From Octopus bimaculoides (taxonomy: Eukaryota): a stretch of DNA of 37,187 nucleotides. Shown in pieces: positions 1 to 11,009 of this stretch. Made by a program: the position numbers and the translations under genes. The stretch spans positions 23,162,451 through 23,199,637 of the forward strand of contig NC_068982.1 of the NCBI RefSeq assembly GCF_001194135.2, in the 5' to 3' direction. A model generated the notes under the pieces. The model worked only from the letters and a program-made list of their open reading frames with translations, made no database searches and was not told the DNA's origin. Position 1 is the first letter of the stretch; the number at the start of each line of letters is the position of its first letter.

Positions 1-120
<120 letters not shown>

Positions 121-299
121 GAGAAACTGCCGGAGAGCTCAGAAAAGAAAATCATCACTTAGGAACAAGAAGCATTATCAGGAGGGTTCTGAGCACTTGA
201 AGGACTACTGAAAATTTGTGGATACCTAAGGTTATAGGTAGTAACCCGCTCACCCACATAAATCTTACCAGGAATGAGACCGAATCTGAGTCAAACCTA
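121..299 (+). mobile_element. R4/Dong-clade non-LTR retrotransposon, extreme 3' end (copy A)
   Basis: 159-200 reads LGTRSIIRRVLST*, matching the R4-clade ORF C-terminus (LGTA.I.R.VL). ~100-nt 3'UTR with hairpin at 230-246 ends in AAT repeats (~299-310); 5' side abuts (AAT)n(AAG)n. Confidence 0.7.
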
Positions 300-529
300 T
301 AATAATAATGATTCCTTTTATTAACCACGGTGGGGGAATAAACAGAAAATCCAGAGGAGGAGGGCCCAATTGCATCGACCTCAGTAGTTGAATGGGACTT
401 ATTTTATTGACGTCGAATTGATAAAAGACAAACCGCCAAAGTTGATTTCGACAGATTTTGAAGTTAGAACCTGAAAACGGAGGAAATATTGGTAAGCATT
501 CTGTTCGGTGTGCTAACACTTTTAACAGA

Positions 530-769
530 CGATGGTAGTGCTAACGACGGCGACAATGAAGAGGGTGATGCTGGTGATGCTGGTGGTGGTGATGGTGGTA
601 GTGGTGGTGGTGGTGGTGGTGGTGCTGCTGCTGCTGCTGCTGATGATGATGATGCCAACAGCGACGACAACCACGATGACGACGGCGACGACGATGATGG
701 AGATGATGATGATGAAGTTGATGATGATGATAATGATGATGATGATGATGATGAAGATGGTGATGACGT

Positions 770-808
<39 letters not shown>

Positions 809-1020
809 GGATGATGGTGATAATGATGATGATGATGATAATGATGATGATAGTGATGATGATCACAACAGCGACGACAACGACGACGGCAACGACGATG
901 ACGACGATGATGAAGATGAAGATGGTGATGATGATGATGGTGATGATGATGATGGTGATGATGATGATGACTTCGACGACTACCACCACAACGACGGCGG
1001 CGACGGCAACAACACTGGCA
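530..1020 (+). repeat. Mosaic triplet microsatellite (GGT/GCT/GAT/GAC/AAC)
   Basis: In-phase blocks of GGT, GCT, GAT, GAC and AAC; source of the poly-D, poly-M, poly-H and poly-I ORFs. Confidence 0.95.
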
Positions 1021-1157
1021 AATTAGAATAAAATAGACCACCGCTTACGTGTAAGGCTGTAAAGGGAAAACGGAGAATATAAAACAGAATGGGTTTTCTC
1101 TTTCTTTTCGATAGGATTCGTTAACAGTTGAAGAACTATAAAATTTTTACTTTATAG

Positions 1158-1178
1158 CCCGAATGCAATAGATTTCAG
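1158..1178 (+). CDS. Candidate 21-nt microexon
   Basis: tttttactttatag|CCCGAATGCAATAGATTTCAG|gtaagt: pyrimidine-rich acceptor, consensus donor, length 3n, open in two phases. No homology recognised. Confidence 0.25.
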
Positions 1179-1619
1179 GTAAGTGATAAATGGCATAGTA
1201 TATTCGGCTGTAGCCCTTCGAAAGGTGCTAAGCTGTTATAAAATATCCCACCATTTCGATCTGTCCACACATCGCTTGGTTTCAACTTTCTAAAGTTTTT
1301 ATTTGCTACCTTTACTAGGAGCTGAAAACTGAGCCGCTGTTAGATGCAATGCACATGACAGTTTTGTATGAGAAAAGCAGTCTTTTTATCGTTGCTTCGC
1401 TAATCGAATAAGCGACAGTTATAGAAAAGCTGCGAACACTAAACTTAAATGGAACTGTTCTTTGTTGCAAAAGCAATTACAAGTTTCGGCCACGGCGTCT
1501 GTATCTGAGAATAGCTCTGGTTCTATCCATACCTTATACGGAAGAAGTGGAGAAATGTCTGCCTTTCGGATTATTATAATACAAATGTAATTGCGCTTTG
1601 TATAAGGCATAGATGTACT

Positions 1620-1857
1620 CATAAATATCTATGTATGTGAATACGTATAGATGCGTATGTGTGTGTGTTAATGTATTTATGTGTATGGTTGTGTACATAT
1701 AGGTACACACACACACACACACACACCCATATATATATATATATATAGTAACAAACTAACGAATAAAAATTCCTTCAAAGGGGTTTGAAATACATCCAAT
1801 TTACTGGTACTTCAGTTGAATACAAAAATAAATACACATATTTATATTGAATTTGTA

Positions 1858-1918
<61 letters not shown>

Positions 1919-1966
1919 TGTGTGTAAATACATTTGTGTATATATATGTATGTAAAGTTATGTATG

Positions 1967-1998
<32 letters not shown>

Positions 1999-2030
1999 GA
2001 TGTATGTGCGAGTGTATATAAGATGTTGTA
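1620..2030. repeat. (TG)/(CA)/(TA)/(TATG) microsatellite mosaic
   Basis: (AC)n ~1705-1727, long (TA)n 1859-1916, (TATG)n ~1959-1994. Confidence 0.95.
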
Positions 2031-2503
2031 CGTAAAAATATTTCAATTCTATACTTTTCCAGAGTTAGGACTAATACCAAAAGTAAAAATGTGAGATCGA
2101 TTGGGAGTTTGTAAGAAACTAGGAATGAAAAACAGAAAATACGAGGAAAACTTGGAGAGAGATGAAGAGAAAAAGAAAGCGATATGGAAAGAGAGAGAAA
2201 TCTAAGAGGCAGAGAAAAAAGAGAACAAACAGCATAGAGAGAGACACAGGGATAACGAATGATTGTGTGCGTGTATTATAGCAGGCGTTTGTGTATGTGT
2301 GTATATGAGTGTGTGGGTGCGTGTTGCAATGTGTTTGTGTTAATGACTAATTGAGAACGGGAGAGATGTAGAATCAAGGAAACAAAGACGAGAATCTAGC
2401 TAATTTCATGATTGATAAAAGTGATGGAGAGATGTGTAAACGTCTGAAGCAGCATAGTTTTAAAAACAGCATGACTGTATGTTGGAGTGCCTCATCACTA
2501 TGT

Positions 2504-2579
<76 letters not shown>
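2504..2579. repeat. (CA)n microsatellite ending at a gap
   Basis: Near-perfect CA run directly before the N-run. Confidence 0.97.
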
Positions 2580-2898
2580 NNNNNNNNNNNNNNNNNNNNN
2601 NNNNNNNNNNNNNNNNNNNNNNNNNNNNNNNNNNNNNNNNNNNNNNNNNNNNNNNNNNNNNNNNNNNNNNNNNNNNNNNNNNNNNNNNNNNNNNNNNNNN
2701 NNNNNNNNNNNNNNNNNNNNNNNNNNNNNNNNNNNNNNNNNNNNNNNNNNNNNNNNNNNNNNNNNNNNNNNNNNNNNNNNNNNNNNNNNNNNNNNNNNNN
2801 NNNNNNNNNNNNNNNNNNNNNNNNNNNNNNNNNNNNNNNNNNNNNNNNNNNNNNNNNNNNNNNNNNNNNNNNNNNNNNNNNNNNNNNNNNNNNNNNNN
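2580..2898. other. Assembly gap (N run)
   Basis: 319 N. Other gaps: 13621-13720, 17063-17091, 21901-22105, 28166-28768, 33588-33629. Confidence 1.
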
Positions 2899-3258
2899 GG
2901 GGGGGGGACACACAAACACACACACATACATATATACGACGGGCTTCTTTCAGTTTCCTTTTTCTTTATTGCCCACAAGGGGCTAAACATAGAGGGGACA
3001 AACAAGGACAGACAAAGGGACTAAGTCGATTAGATCGACCCCAGTGCGTAACTGGTACTTAATTTATCGACCCTGAAAGGATGAAAGGCAAAGTCCACCT
3101 CGGTAGAATTTGAACTCAGAACGTAACGGCAGACGAAATATTCCTAAGTATTTCGCCGGGCGTGCTAACGTTTCTGCCAGCTCGCCGCCTTTCAGTTCTT
3201 AATTTTCCGTCTACCAAATCCACTCACAAGGCTTTGCTCAGCCCGAGGCTATAGCAGA
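2899..3258 (-). mobile_element. SINE-B (CORE-like) fragment, interrupted by SINE-A
   Basis: tatacgacgggcttctttcagtt (2933-2955) rejoins ttccgtctaccaaatccactcacaaggcttt...cccgaggctatag (3205-3253), as in the uninterrupted copies at 31250-31290 and 34318-34475. Confidence 0.85.
2956..3191 (-). mobile_element. SINE-A, full length, tail type 1, nested in SINE-B
   Basis: Sense strand: A-box-like tggcagaaacgttag, B-box gttcaaattct, central gactttgcctttcatcctttcagggtcgataaa, tail ...tttagccccttgtgggcaataaag; flanked by the direct repeat ctttcagtt (2947-2955, 3189-3197). Confidence 0.92.
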
Positions 3259-3764
3259 TATATATATATAGTAGATATATATAGTAGTTATATATATATA
3301 TGTATATAAACACATCGTTACCTTGAACGGCCTCAATTTTTTCGAATGTGGCGCAAAACAAATAGATACCTACACCGACACATACTTAAAGCTACGCGAA
3401 TAAAAGCGTTTAGATGAGTCTACACCCATTTATTTTAAAATATAATACGCACACACTCACGTACGTATATAGTTATTCTATGCTTAAACACTCACACATA
3501 CACGCATACACTTATTTAAGTGTCCCATTATATTTCAATAACATCATTTCGGCAAATATCTTCGAAAAAGTCCCATCATATTTTACCGCAAACGTATAAA
3601 TAGTTGCTTCAATGGTCGACCGAAGGTGAGGTTTAATGACGCTATTAACTGATACATGGCCTGGCCTAGTCCAATGGAACCTATACTATTTCGGAGGCAT
3701 TCATCCGTGTATACATGGATATATTAGATATATGGAAAGATAATTCCGCTCAACAAATATGCGA

Positions 3765-3937
3765 AACATCTATCTGTCTATCTATCTATGTATCTATCTA
3801 TCTATCTATCTATCTACACGCAAACTCACTCACACACTCACTCACACACACACGCACACAAATACATATGTATACATACATATATGTATCAATTTATGTA
3901 TATTTTTTTATAGATATATATGTATATCTATGTAGGG

Positions 3938-3973
<36 letters not shown>

Positions 3974-4198
3974 ATAGGCATGCATATATATATACATACA
4001 CGCACACATACACACACACACACACACAACTTCATAGTTCGAGCATTGCACATATTTATATTAGTGTATAAGTACATATTTCTGTGTATATAATTGAAAT
4101 TTAGTTGTACAAATATTACTCATGCATACCTACCTCCGTTTTTACCTTCGTATATAGAAGCACACACACACTCACACGCATTCAAACAGTTTATATAC

Positions 4199-4254
<56 letters not shown>

Positions 4255-4327
4255 ACATACATGTGTACATACATGTGTCCATTACTAATAACGAAAATAC
4301 ATATATAGACATATAATATATAATGTG

Positions 4328-4373
<46 letters not shown>

Positions 4374-4520
4374 CTGTGTGTATGTGAGTATGCGTGTGCT
4401 TGTTAGTACTTGCGTATATGCGCTTGGTCAGGTGCTTTTATTTGTCTATCTGCATGGGTGAGGGGATAAGTGTATACGAGTGTATGCATGTGTGTATGTA
4501 TGTGTATGTGTGTGTGTGGG
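3765..4520. repeat. (CTAT)/(CA)/(TA)/(TG) microsatellite mosaic
   Basis: (TCTA)n 3769-3815, several (TA)n runs, CA-rich left side and TG-rich right side. Confidence 0.93.
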
Positions 4521-4677
4521 TGTGGGTATGTATGGTAAGGACTGGTAGGTTCCATTGATAGGAAACCCAGTAAGTAACTTGTATAGTCATATAAATTCTT
4601 TTATACTATTATACTTAATATTGATCTGTCTGGAACTGGAAGTGATTTTCCTGTTTGTGTACAATAGAAGTTGAATG

Positions 4678-5010
4678 GTAATGATGATGATGATGATAAT
4701 GATAATTATGATGATATTGATGGTTGTGGTAATGATACTGATGATAATTATTATCATGATGGTGATGATGATAATTTAATAATTTTGTTATAATTATATA
4801 AATAACAAAACTGTCTTATTAACAGAAACTCTTATTAGTAATATTAATACTAATGTGATTAACATATTTTTTTCCCATGAATAATAATGATGATGAAAGA
4901 TGATGATGATGATGATGATGATGATGATAATGATGATGATGATTATGATGATGATGATGATGATGATGATAACACTTTCTACTGGAAATGACGATGATAA
5001 TAATAATAAT
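4678..5010 (+). repeat. (GAT)n/(AAT)n triplet tract
   Basis: GAT runs 4683-4770 and 4890-4972, with AAT interruptions. Confidence 0.93.
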
Positions 5011-5203
5011 CCTTTCTACTTCGGAGGTAGGAGATATGTCAATTACATCGACCCAGTGCGTAACTGGTACTTAATTTATCGCCTTCAAAAGGATGAAAGG
5101 CAAAGTCGACTTCGGTGGAATTTGAACTCAGAACGTAAGGAGCTACGAAATGCCGCTAAGCATTGTGCCTGGTGTGCTAAAGATTCTGCCGGCTCACCAC
5201 CTC
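5011..5203 (-). mobile_element. SINE-A, tail type 2, within AAT array
   Basis: gacccagtgcgtaactggtacttaatttatcg...ggatgaaaggcaaagtcgacttcggtggaatttgaactcagaacg...ccgctaagcatt...ccggctcaccacct; AAT repeats on both sides. Confidence 0.9.
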
Positions 5204-5252
5204 AGTAATAATAATAATGACAACAACACCACCACCAACAACAACAACCACG

Positions 5253-5299
<47 letters not shown>

Positions 5300-5365
5300 T
5301 ATAATAATGGTGATGATGATGATGATGATGATGGTGATGATGACGATGATAATAATAATAATATG
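5204..5365 (+). repeat. AAT/AAC/ACC/GAT triplet mosaic
   Basis: In-phase blocks of related triplets. Confidence 0.95.
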
Positions 5366-5640
5366 ATATGAAAGGGATGTCAGAAACATCTAGATGATAT
5401 CCCAGGAGAACCATGTCCCAGAGAAATCCAAATGATTGCGATGACAAGTACTGCCCACGCCCTTAGAAATACCCTATCAATTTAATTGTTGTATTACATG
5501 AAGATATTTCGCTACAGCCCCTACCACTTGCCCTCATCAAGCTTTCTGTCATACTGTAACATCTCTTATCCTTCACTCTCCCTAGGAGGCTGTGTGCTTC
5601 TGTGAGTGATTGAAAGAAACATGCAGATTAAAAGTAAATG
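5366..5640 (+). mobile_element. R4/Dong-clade element 3' end (copy B)
   Basis: 5372-5485 reads KGCQKHLDDIPGEPCPREIQMIAMTSTAHALRNTLSI*, an R4-type C-terminus (IPG...EIQK...TAHILR..L). ~155-nt 3'UTR, then (AAT)n from 5641; AAT also at the 5' junction. Confidence 0.8.
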
Positions 5641-5672
<32 letters not shown>

Positions 5673-5689
5673 CATTATTATTATTATTA

Positions 5690-5901
5690 TTTCTACACTA
5701 GGCACAGCCTTGAAAAGTTCGAGGGAAGGGGCTATTCGATCACAACGACCCCAGTGTATTACTGGTACTTAGAACATTGACTCCGAAAGGATGAAAGGCA
5801 AAGTCTACCCAGGCGAAATTTGAAATTGAAACACAAAGACGTGCGAAATTCCGCTAAGCATTATGGCCGGCGTGCTGACGATTCAGCCAGCCCGCCGTCT
5901 T
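5690..5901 (-). mobile_element. SINE-A, tail type 2, diverged, within AAT array
   Basis: ttctacactaggcacagcc...gaccccagtgtattactggtactt...ccgaaaggatgaaaggcaaagtc...ccgctaagcatt...ggcgtgctgacgattcagccagcccgccgtctt. Confidence 0.88.
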
Positions 5902-6154
5902 AATAAATAATGATAATTATACTACTACTACTACTACTACTACTACTACAACAACAACAACAACTACCACCACCACGACCACCACTACTACTACTAGTGA
6001 TGATGATGATAATAATAACAACAACAATAATAATAATAATAATAATAATAATAACCATAAGAGCATCACAGCAAACCACAGCACATACTCAAGGCACACA
6101 GAGCTGCGCTCGGTAGTGAAGTGAAAGCACGTTATAAAAATAAAACTACTGAAC

Positions 6155-6204
<50 letters not shown>

Positions 6205-6211
6205 CAACAAC

Positions 6212-6258
<47 letters not shown>
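5902..6258 (+). repeat. AAT/CTA/CAA/CCA/GAT triplet mosaic
   Basis: Sequential in-phase blocks; long AAT/AAC run 6154-6258. Confidence 0.95.
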
Positions 6259-6259
<1 letters not shown>

Positions 6260-6919
6260 GATTTCATTTATTTGACACCAGGGCGAAGGATGAGGTGACA
6301 CTACAAAGGCGCAAAGGATAAAAGACTGACACAAGTGAAACAATAAAAGAATAAAACATAATAGTAATATTAATAATAGACATATAGAATCCCCTTCAGC
6401 ACGAAATAGTCCGGGGAAACCATAATTTGGAAAAAACATTGACTTTCCCACTCTATTTTGTAGTAGGTTGTACCTCATACCTATAAGAGCTCCGTCCCAC
6501 TCTAACATAGCAATTGCTCTGAGCTCCTCCCAGTAGAAGGTACTTCTGTGGCCCTCACTTGGTGACCTAAGGTCCCATACTTATGAGTATCGTCACAAAC
6601 TGCTCGGAAATGCAGGTTGTTGTAGGTATCCTTCGAGTATCATGTTCGCTGTTGCTATTACAGTTCAGTTTGGGTTTCCTCATTTAATATAAACTACAGA
6701 AGGTAGAACACCTAAACATTTCTCGATTCGGCAGGGGATTGTTAGTATGAATTCCTATTCGTCTATTTGGCATACATCTAAAATATATTTCTTATTTTGC
6801 TGCATAGCGTTTCCTGTTCTGAGAATGACATCACTCCAGGGCAAATAATAATTTTTATATTTTAAATAGCCTTTTATATTTTTCAAAGACTTCCACAGAA
6901 GGAGAAATCCATTGATTAG

Positions 6920-7270
6920 TGGCGTGCACGAACGCTGCTTTTGTTTTATTTTATGTCGTCTTTAATATTGTTAATGCTGTCCCTGTAGATTATTTTTCTG
7001 TAATTTTCGTAGTCATTTTCTTTGTTCTTGATGTTATTTCTGTGGTGATGCTGGTAGTGGTAGGCATAGTAGTCACTATTGCTATAGTTAATGATGTTAC
7101 TGCTGCTGTTGGCGCTGTAGATGTTGCCGCTTATTGCTACTGCTGATTATTTCATCATTGCTAGTGACGTTGTTGCTACTAATTCTATTGGAGTTGTTGG
7201 GATTCATAGTGATGCTCATAGTCTTATCGATGGCGTCCTCGTTATGGTTATTACTGTTGTTCTTTAAATG
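6920..7270. repeat. Decayed (cryptic) triplet repeat, GTT/GCT/GAT-rich
   Basis: Strong 3-periodicity without long perfect runs; gives the V/A/I-rich ORF 6919-7146. Confidence 0.6.
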
Positions 7271-7524
7271 TTTTTAGATACTCTGTCTTTTCCATTATAA
7301 ATAGTTACCACCTCCATTTGCTAACTTGCTGGTGGACTTCTACTGTCAAAGTCGTTTAAGCACATGGTAGGAGGACAGGAAAATATAATTTCTCCGGAAA
7401 ACACTCCTCCATTTCAACTTTTACTGGCCATCTTGTGAGAAAAGTGTTCGACAAAGAATGTATATTCACATATTTAGGAAATAACTCACAAACAATTTTT
7501 TCAGCGTGGACGTCACTTGTGGGA

Positions 7525-7629
<105 letters not shown>

Positions 7630-8282
7630 GGCAACCCATCAATAAGTGATAAGTGGAGAATTTGTAGACAAAATGGTGAAACCGTATGGCCTATTACCAG
7701 TCAATGTGCGCCATTAACCTAGAAATACTATAAGAGACGTCACGACAATATAGCAAGGATTGCCCGTTGGATACTTTGCAACAAGTATGGATTTGACAGC
7801 AAAAAATGGTACGAACATAAACCCGAAGGCATCATTGAAAGTGATAATGCAAAGATACTATGGGATTTTATGATTCGGTGCGACCATGAGATAGAGAATA
7901 GAAAACCAGACATAGTGGTAATTGAGAAACAAAGCAACTGATGCTGGATCATAGATATAACATGCCCAGCTGACAATAAGGTATGCAATAAGGAAGAAAG
8001 AAAAGTTGATAGATATGACAGGTTAGCTTGGGAGGTTAAGCAGTTGTGGTCGGTGAAAAAGATGGTGGTAGTACCAATAATTGTCGGAGCCCTGGGAACA
8101 GTGAGTAAAAATCTTGAGAAGTACATGGAACAAATAGGGGCTGCAATAAGGGTAGAGCACTTGCAGAAAACAGCACTGCTTGGAACCGCTCGAATACTCC
8201 CGATGGTGTTATCTTAGTTCACTAGTAGGGAACAGCTGGCACCGTAGTACATCTCTAGCGATAATAGCTGTGCAAAGACAAT
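7630..8282 (+). mobile_element. R4/Dong-clade element, 5'-truncated, zinc knuckle + RLE domain (copy C)
   Basis: One frame 7630-8217 with two internal stops (7720-22, 7939-41): DKWRICRQNGETVWPITSQC (decayed CCHC), RRHDNIARIARWILC, KILWDF, RKPDIVVIEK..CWIIDITCP (PD..D, PD at 7906-11), KVDRY, VVVPIIVGALGTV, LQKTALLGTARILPMVLS*. (AAT)n on both sides. Confidence 0.93.
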
Positions 8283-8520
<238 letters not shown>

Positions 8521-8754
8521 GGGACATCGTATGGGCGATGCATACCCTGCGCCCAGATAATTTCTTTCGCAGATTAAACGTGGTTTACAATGCGTTGTAA
8601 TATAATTAATCACTTTTTATGTGTCACCGTTATAGGCATTTATACTCCGGTGAAATTATATTTATTTTATCATTTCTTTATATCTAAACCCCTACAATTT
8701 TATTTCTGTTTCGTTTTGCCCTCCTCATCTTTCACCCTGGTAGCAAATAAATGA

Positions 8755-8768
8755 AATAATAATAATAA

Positions 8769-8802
<34 letters not shown>

Positions 8803-8900
8803 GAAGTAGTAGTAGTAGTAGTAGAAGCAACAGCAGTGGTAGTAGTAATAGTAGTAGAAGAAGAAGCAACAACAGTGGTAGTAGTAGTAGTAGTAGTAGA
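8755..8900. repeat. (AAT)/(ATT)/(AGT) triplet tract
   Basis: Short AAT run, then ATT run 8773-8801, then AGT/AGC/AAG blocks. Confidence 0.9.
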
Positions 8901-8924
8901 GGTAGATTAATTTGCAAATTCTCC

Positions 8925-9015
8925 GTAAGATAAGTTCACGATAGTAGATTGAAATGCATCAAGGATGGCGCTCCAGCTGTAGTCGTAGTCCAATGACTTG
9001 GACTTACTGAAGATA
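8925..9015 (+). mobile_element. SINE-B 3' tail fragment
   Basis: aaggatggcgctccagctgtagtcgtagtccaatgactt resembles the tail of 34318-34720 (gcggtgctccaacatagccgtggtcaagtgactg). Confidence 0.45.
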
Positions 9016-10799
9016 AATGTACAATTTGTCCTTCAGTAACACTACTACAGTTTACACATGTATTCTTCCGTGCAATTACAAATTAAGAAGTACAATTTAA
9101 TATGTTAAGTGGTTTGATGCATTTCTTTACACAGAAATCGATTTACAGGAGAAACTAGAAACTAAGAAGTCGAGAAACCAAGGCATAAACAAATGCAATA
9201 TGATACATTAACGCATAAAACTCCTTCTCGCCATTCACTTAGCATATCTGTAAAATAAGTAAAACCAAGCTGAAGTGAAAACTTGAAAAATATTCCGATT
9301 ATACGCATTCCACTTTGCTTCATAGATTAGTCATGTTACTGCAATGACAAATATTAGTATATAGAAGGAAAATATGATTATAAAAACAAAGATGCATGCC
9401 GGAACGTTGCTCCCGATGCATTAATTACGTGAGGGCTGATTAGTGTCAGTCTGGATGTGAAGCCGGTTTACCAATACTATTCAATGAGAACTTCTTAGTC
9501 TAGTTTACTCACCTATTATATTATTTATAATTGTTTATATCTCGTAAAACTTAGTATATAGTTTGAAATTGATCGCGCAAATAAAATAAGTAATTATGTT
9601 GCAAATGATTTCTCCATGGTTATTAGCGCTGTCTCTTAATTAAACTGGCTTGAATTGTGAATAATCTCTAGATACAACTTAAATCAAGCGGTATTTTTTC
9701 TTCACTTATTTATGGCACTCTTTATGGAAAACTTGAATGTAGAATGGCATAAGTCTTCAGTGAAATTATCATTCTAATAACAAATCTGAAGTTAGCTGAT
9801 GGTTTAAATAAGTATCTAATAGCGCAAGTCAGCAAAATATCTCGAAACATTGACAGTGAAAACTTAGTGCATATGCATCTCGAGGGCTGTAAAAGTGAGG
9901 TGAATTGAGAATACAAGCCGCTTAAGTTACTATATGACAACCAATAAGTATTAAATATATACCAGGCAATACTTCATATGCACAAGTGTGTATTCTTTTA
10001 TGGTTCTAATAGTTTCAATCTTGGGACGCGGTCCTACTGGGCTACCCTCTTTGAAGGATTCACTTGATTACTTGAAACATACTATTTGATATCAGGGTCA
10101 CTAAAAAAAGACAAAAAAAAAAACAAAGACCGCATGGATTAAAGCTCAATGGCAAATGCAGAACAGACTAAAGCAGGTCATTTTATTTGATGCACCGGGT
10201 TTTCTTCTGTCTTATCACAGTCCACACCCTGTCTCTAAAAGAATATAGCCGTCTACTTAATGACATAACAATTCTAGAGAATGTTTGATTTTTGAGCTTA
10301 TCTAATCTTCTCATCCACAGCCGGGCTTACACCAGGCGTTTGCTTGCATTCCGTTAAATAGTATACCAAGAAGTTAGCTATTATGGTATTTAATATAATA
10401 TCATTAGTTTCTTTTTTCCTCAAAACTCGTCCTATTGACCACTATTAGCCGTTTCTTTTAGCCCACGTTTGTTTTAATTATTCAAATTTCCATACGGCAT
10501 AAATATTATCCGCTCGATTTGTGTATCTCTGAATCTTATGTTCGAGGGATTTGAGTTGGCACAGCAGCTGTGCTTACGATGCGTTTTGAGATAGAAACAG
10601 ATGAGTCAACAGATGACCTTTCTATCTTCCCTTCTCATCTAAATTCCTCATATACGACAGCAGGGTTTTGTTCAGCTCTCCTGGAAGCGAAGTAAATTTC
10701 GATAAAGTATCTTGGTTTTCAACATTGTATTTATATTCTTTGTTCAAATTTATACCACTGGGAACAGTATGAATAATTTTCCTCATTTAAATTATGATA

Positions 10800-11000
10800 T
10801 AATTATATATGTATGCAGTTAAGTATACGTGTATGTGTGTGTGTGTGGGGGGGGGGTGAGAGTGGCAAGTATGTTTGTATATCTGCATGTATGTGAGTCT
10901 TTGTGTGTATGTGTGTTTGCGTGTGTGTGAGTGTGTGTGTGTGTATGTGTGCGTGTGTGTGTGGCTTTGTTTGTGTGTGTCTGTGGGTGCATACATGCAC
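10800..11000. repeat. (TG)n-rich microsatellite mosaic with a G-run
   Basis: TG/TGTA/TGCG units; G10 at ~10846-10855. Confidence 0.92.
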
Positions 11001-11009
11001 ACTTACATT

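Noticed and set aside
489-1031. 180-aa Asp-rich ORF with a hydrophobic N-terminus, resembling molluscan acidic shell-matrix proteins
   Set aside because: Starts at TTG, is almost entirely a GAT/GGT/GAC microsatellite, and the overlapping frames on both strands are equally open; similar tracts recur in the window.
1049-1056. Minus-strand 8-nt microexon (ttttccctttacag|CCTTACAC|gtaagc)
   Set aside because: Not frame-preserving, overlaps a putative TIR, and lies opposite the other exon candidates; shows how easily such signals arise by chance.
2374-3062. Long ORFs in five frames (also 28106-28959, 13314-13877, 21787-22116)
   Set aside because: They are open only because they cross N-gaps and CA/TG repeats.
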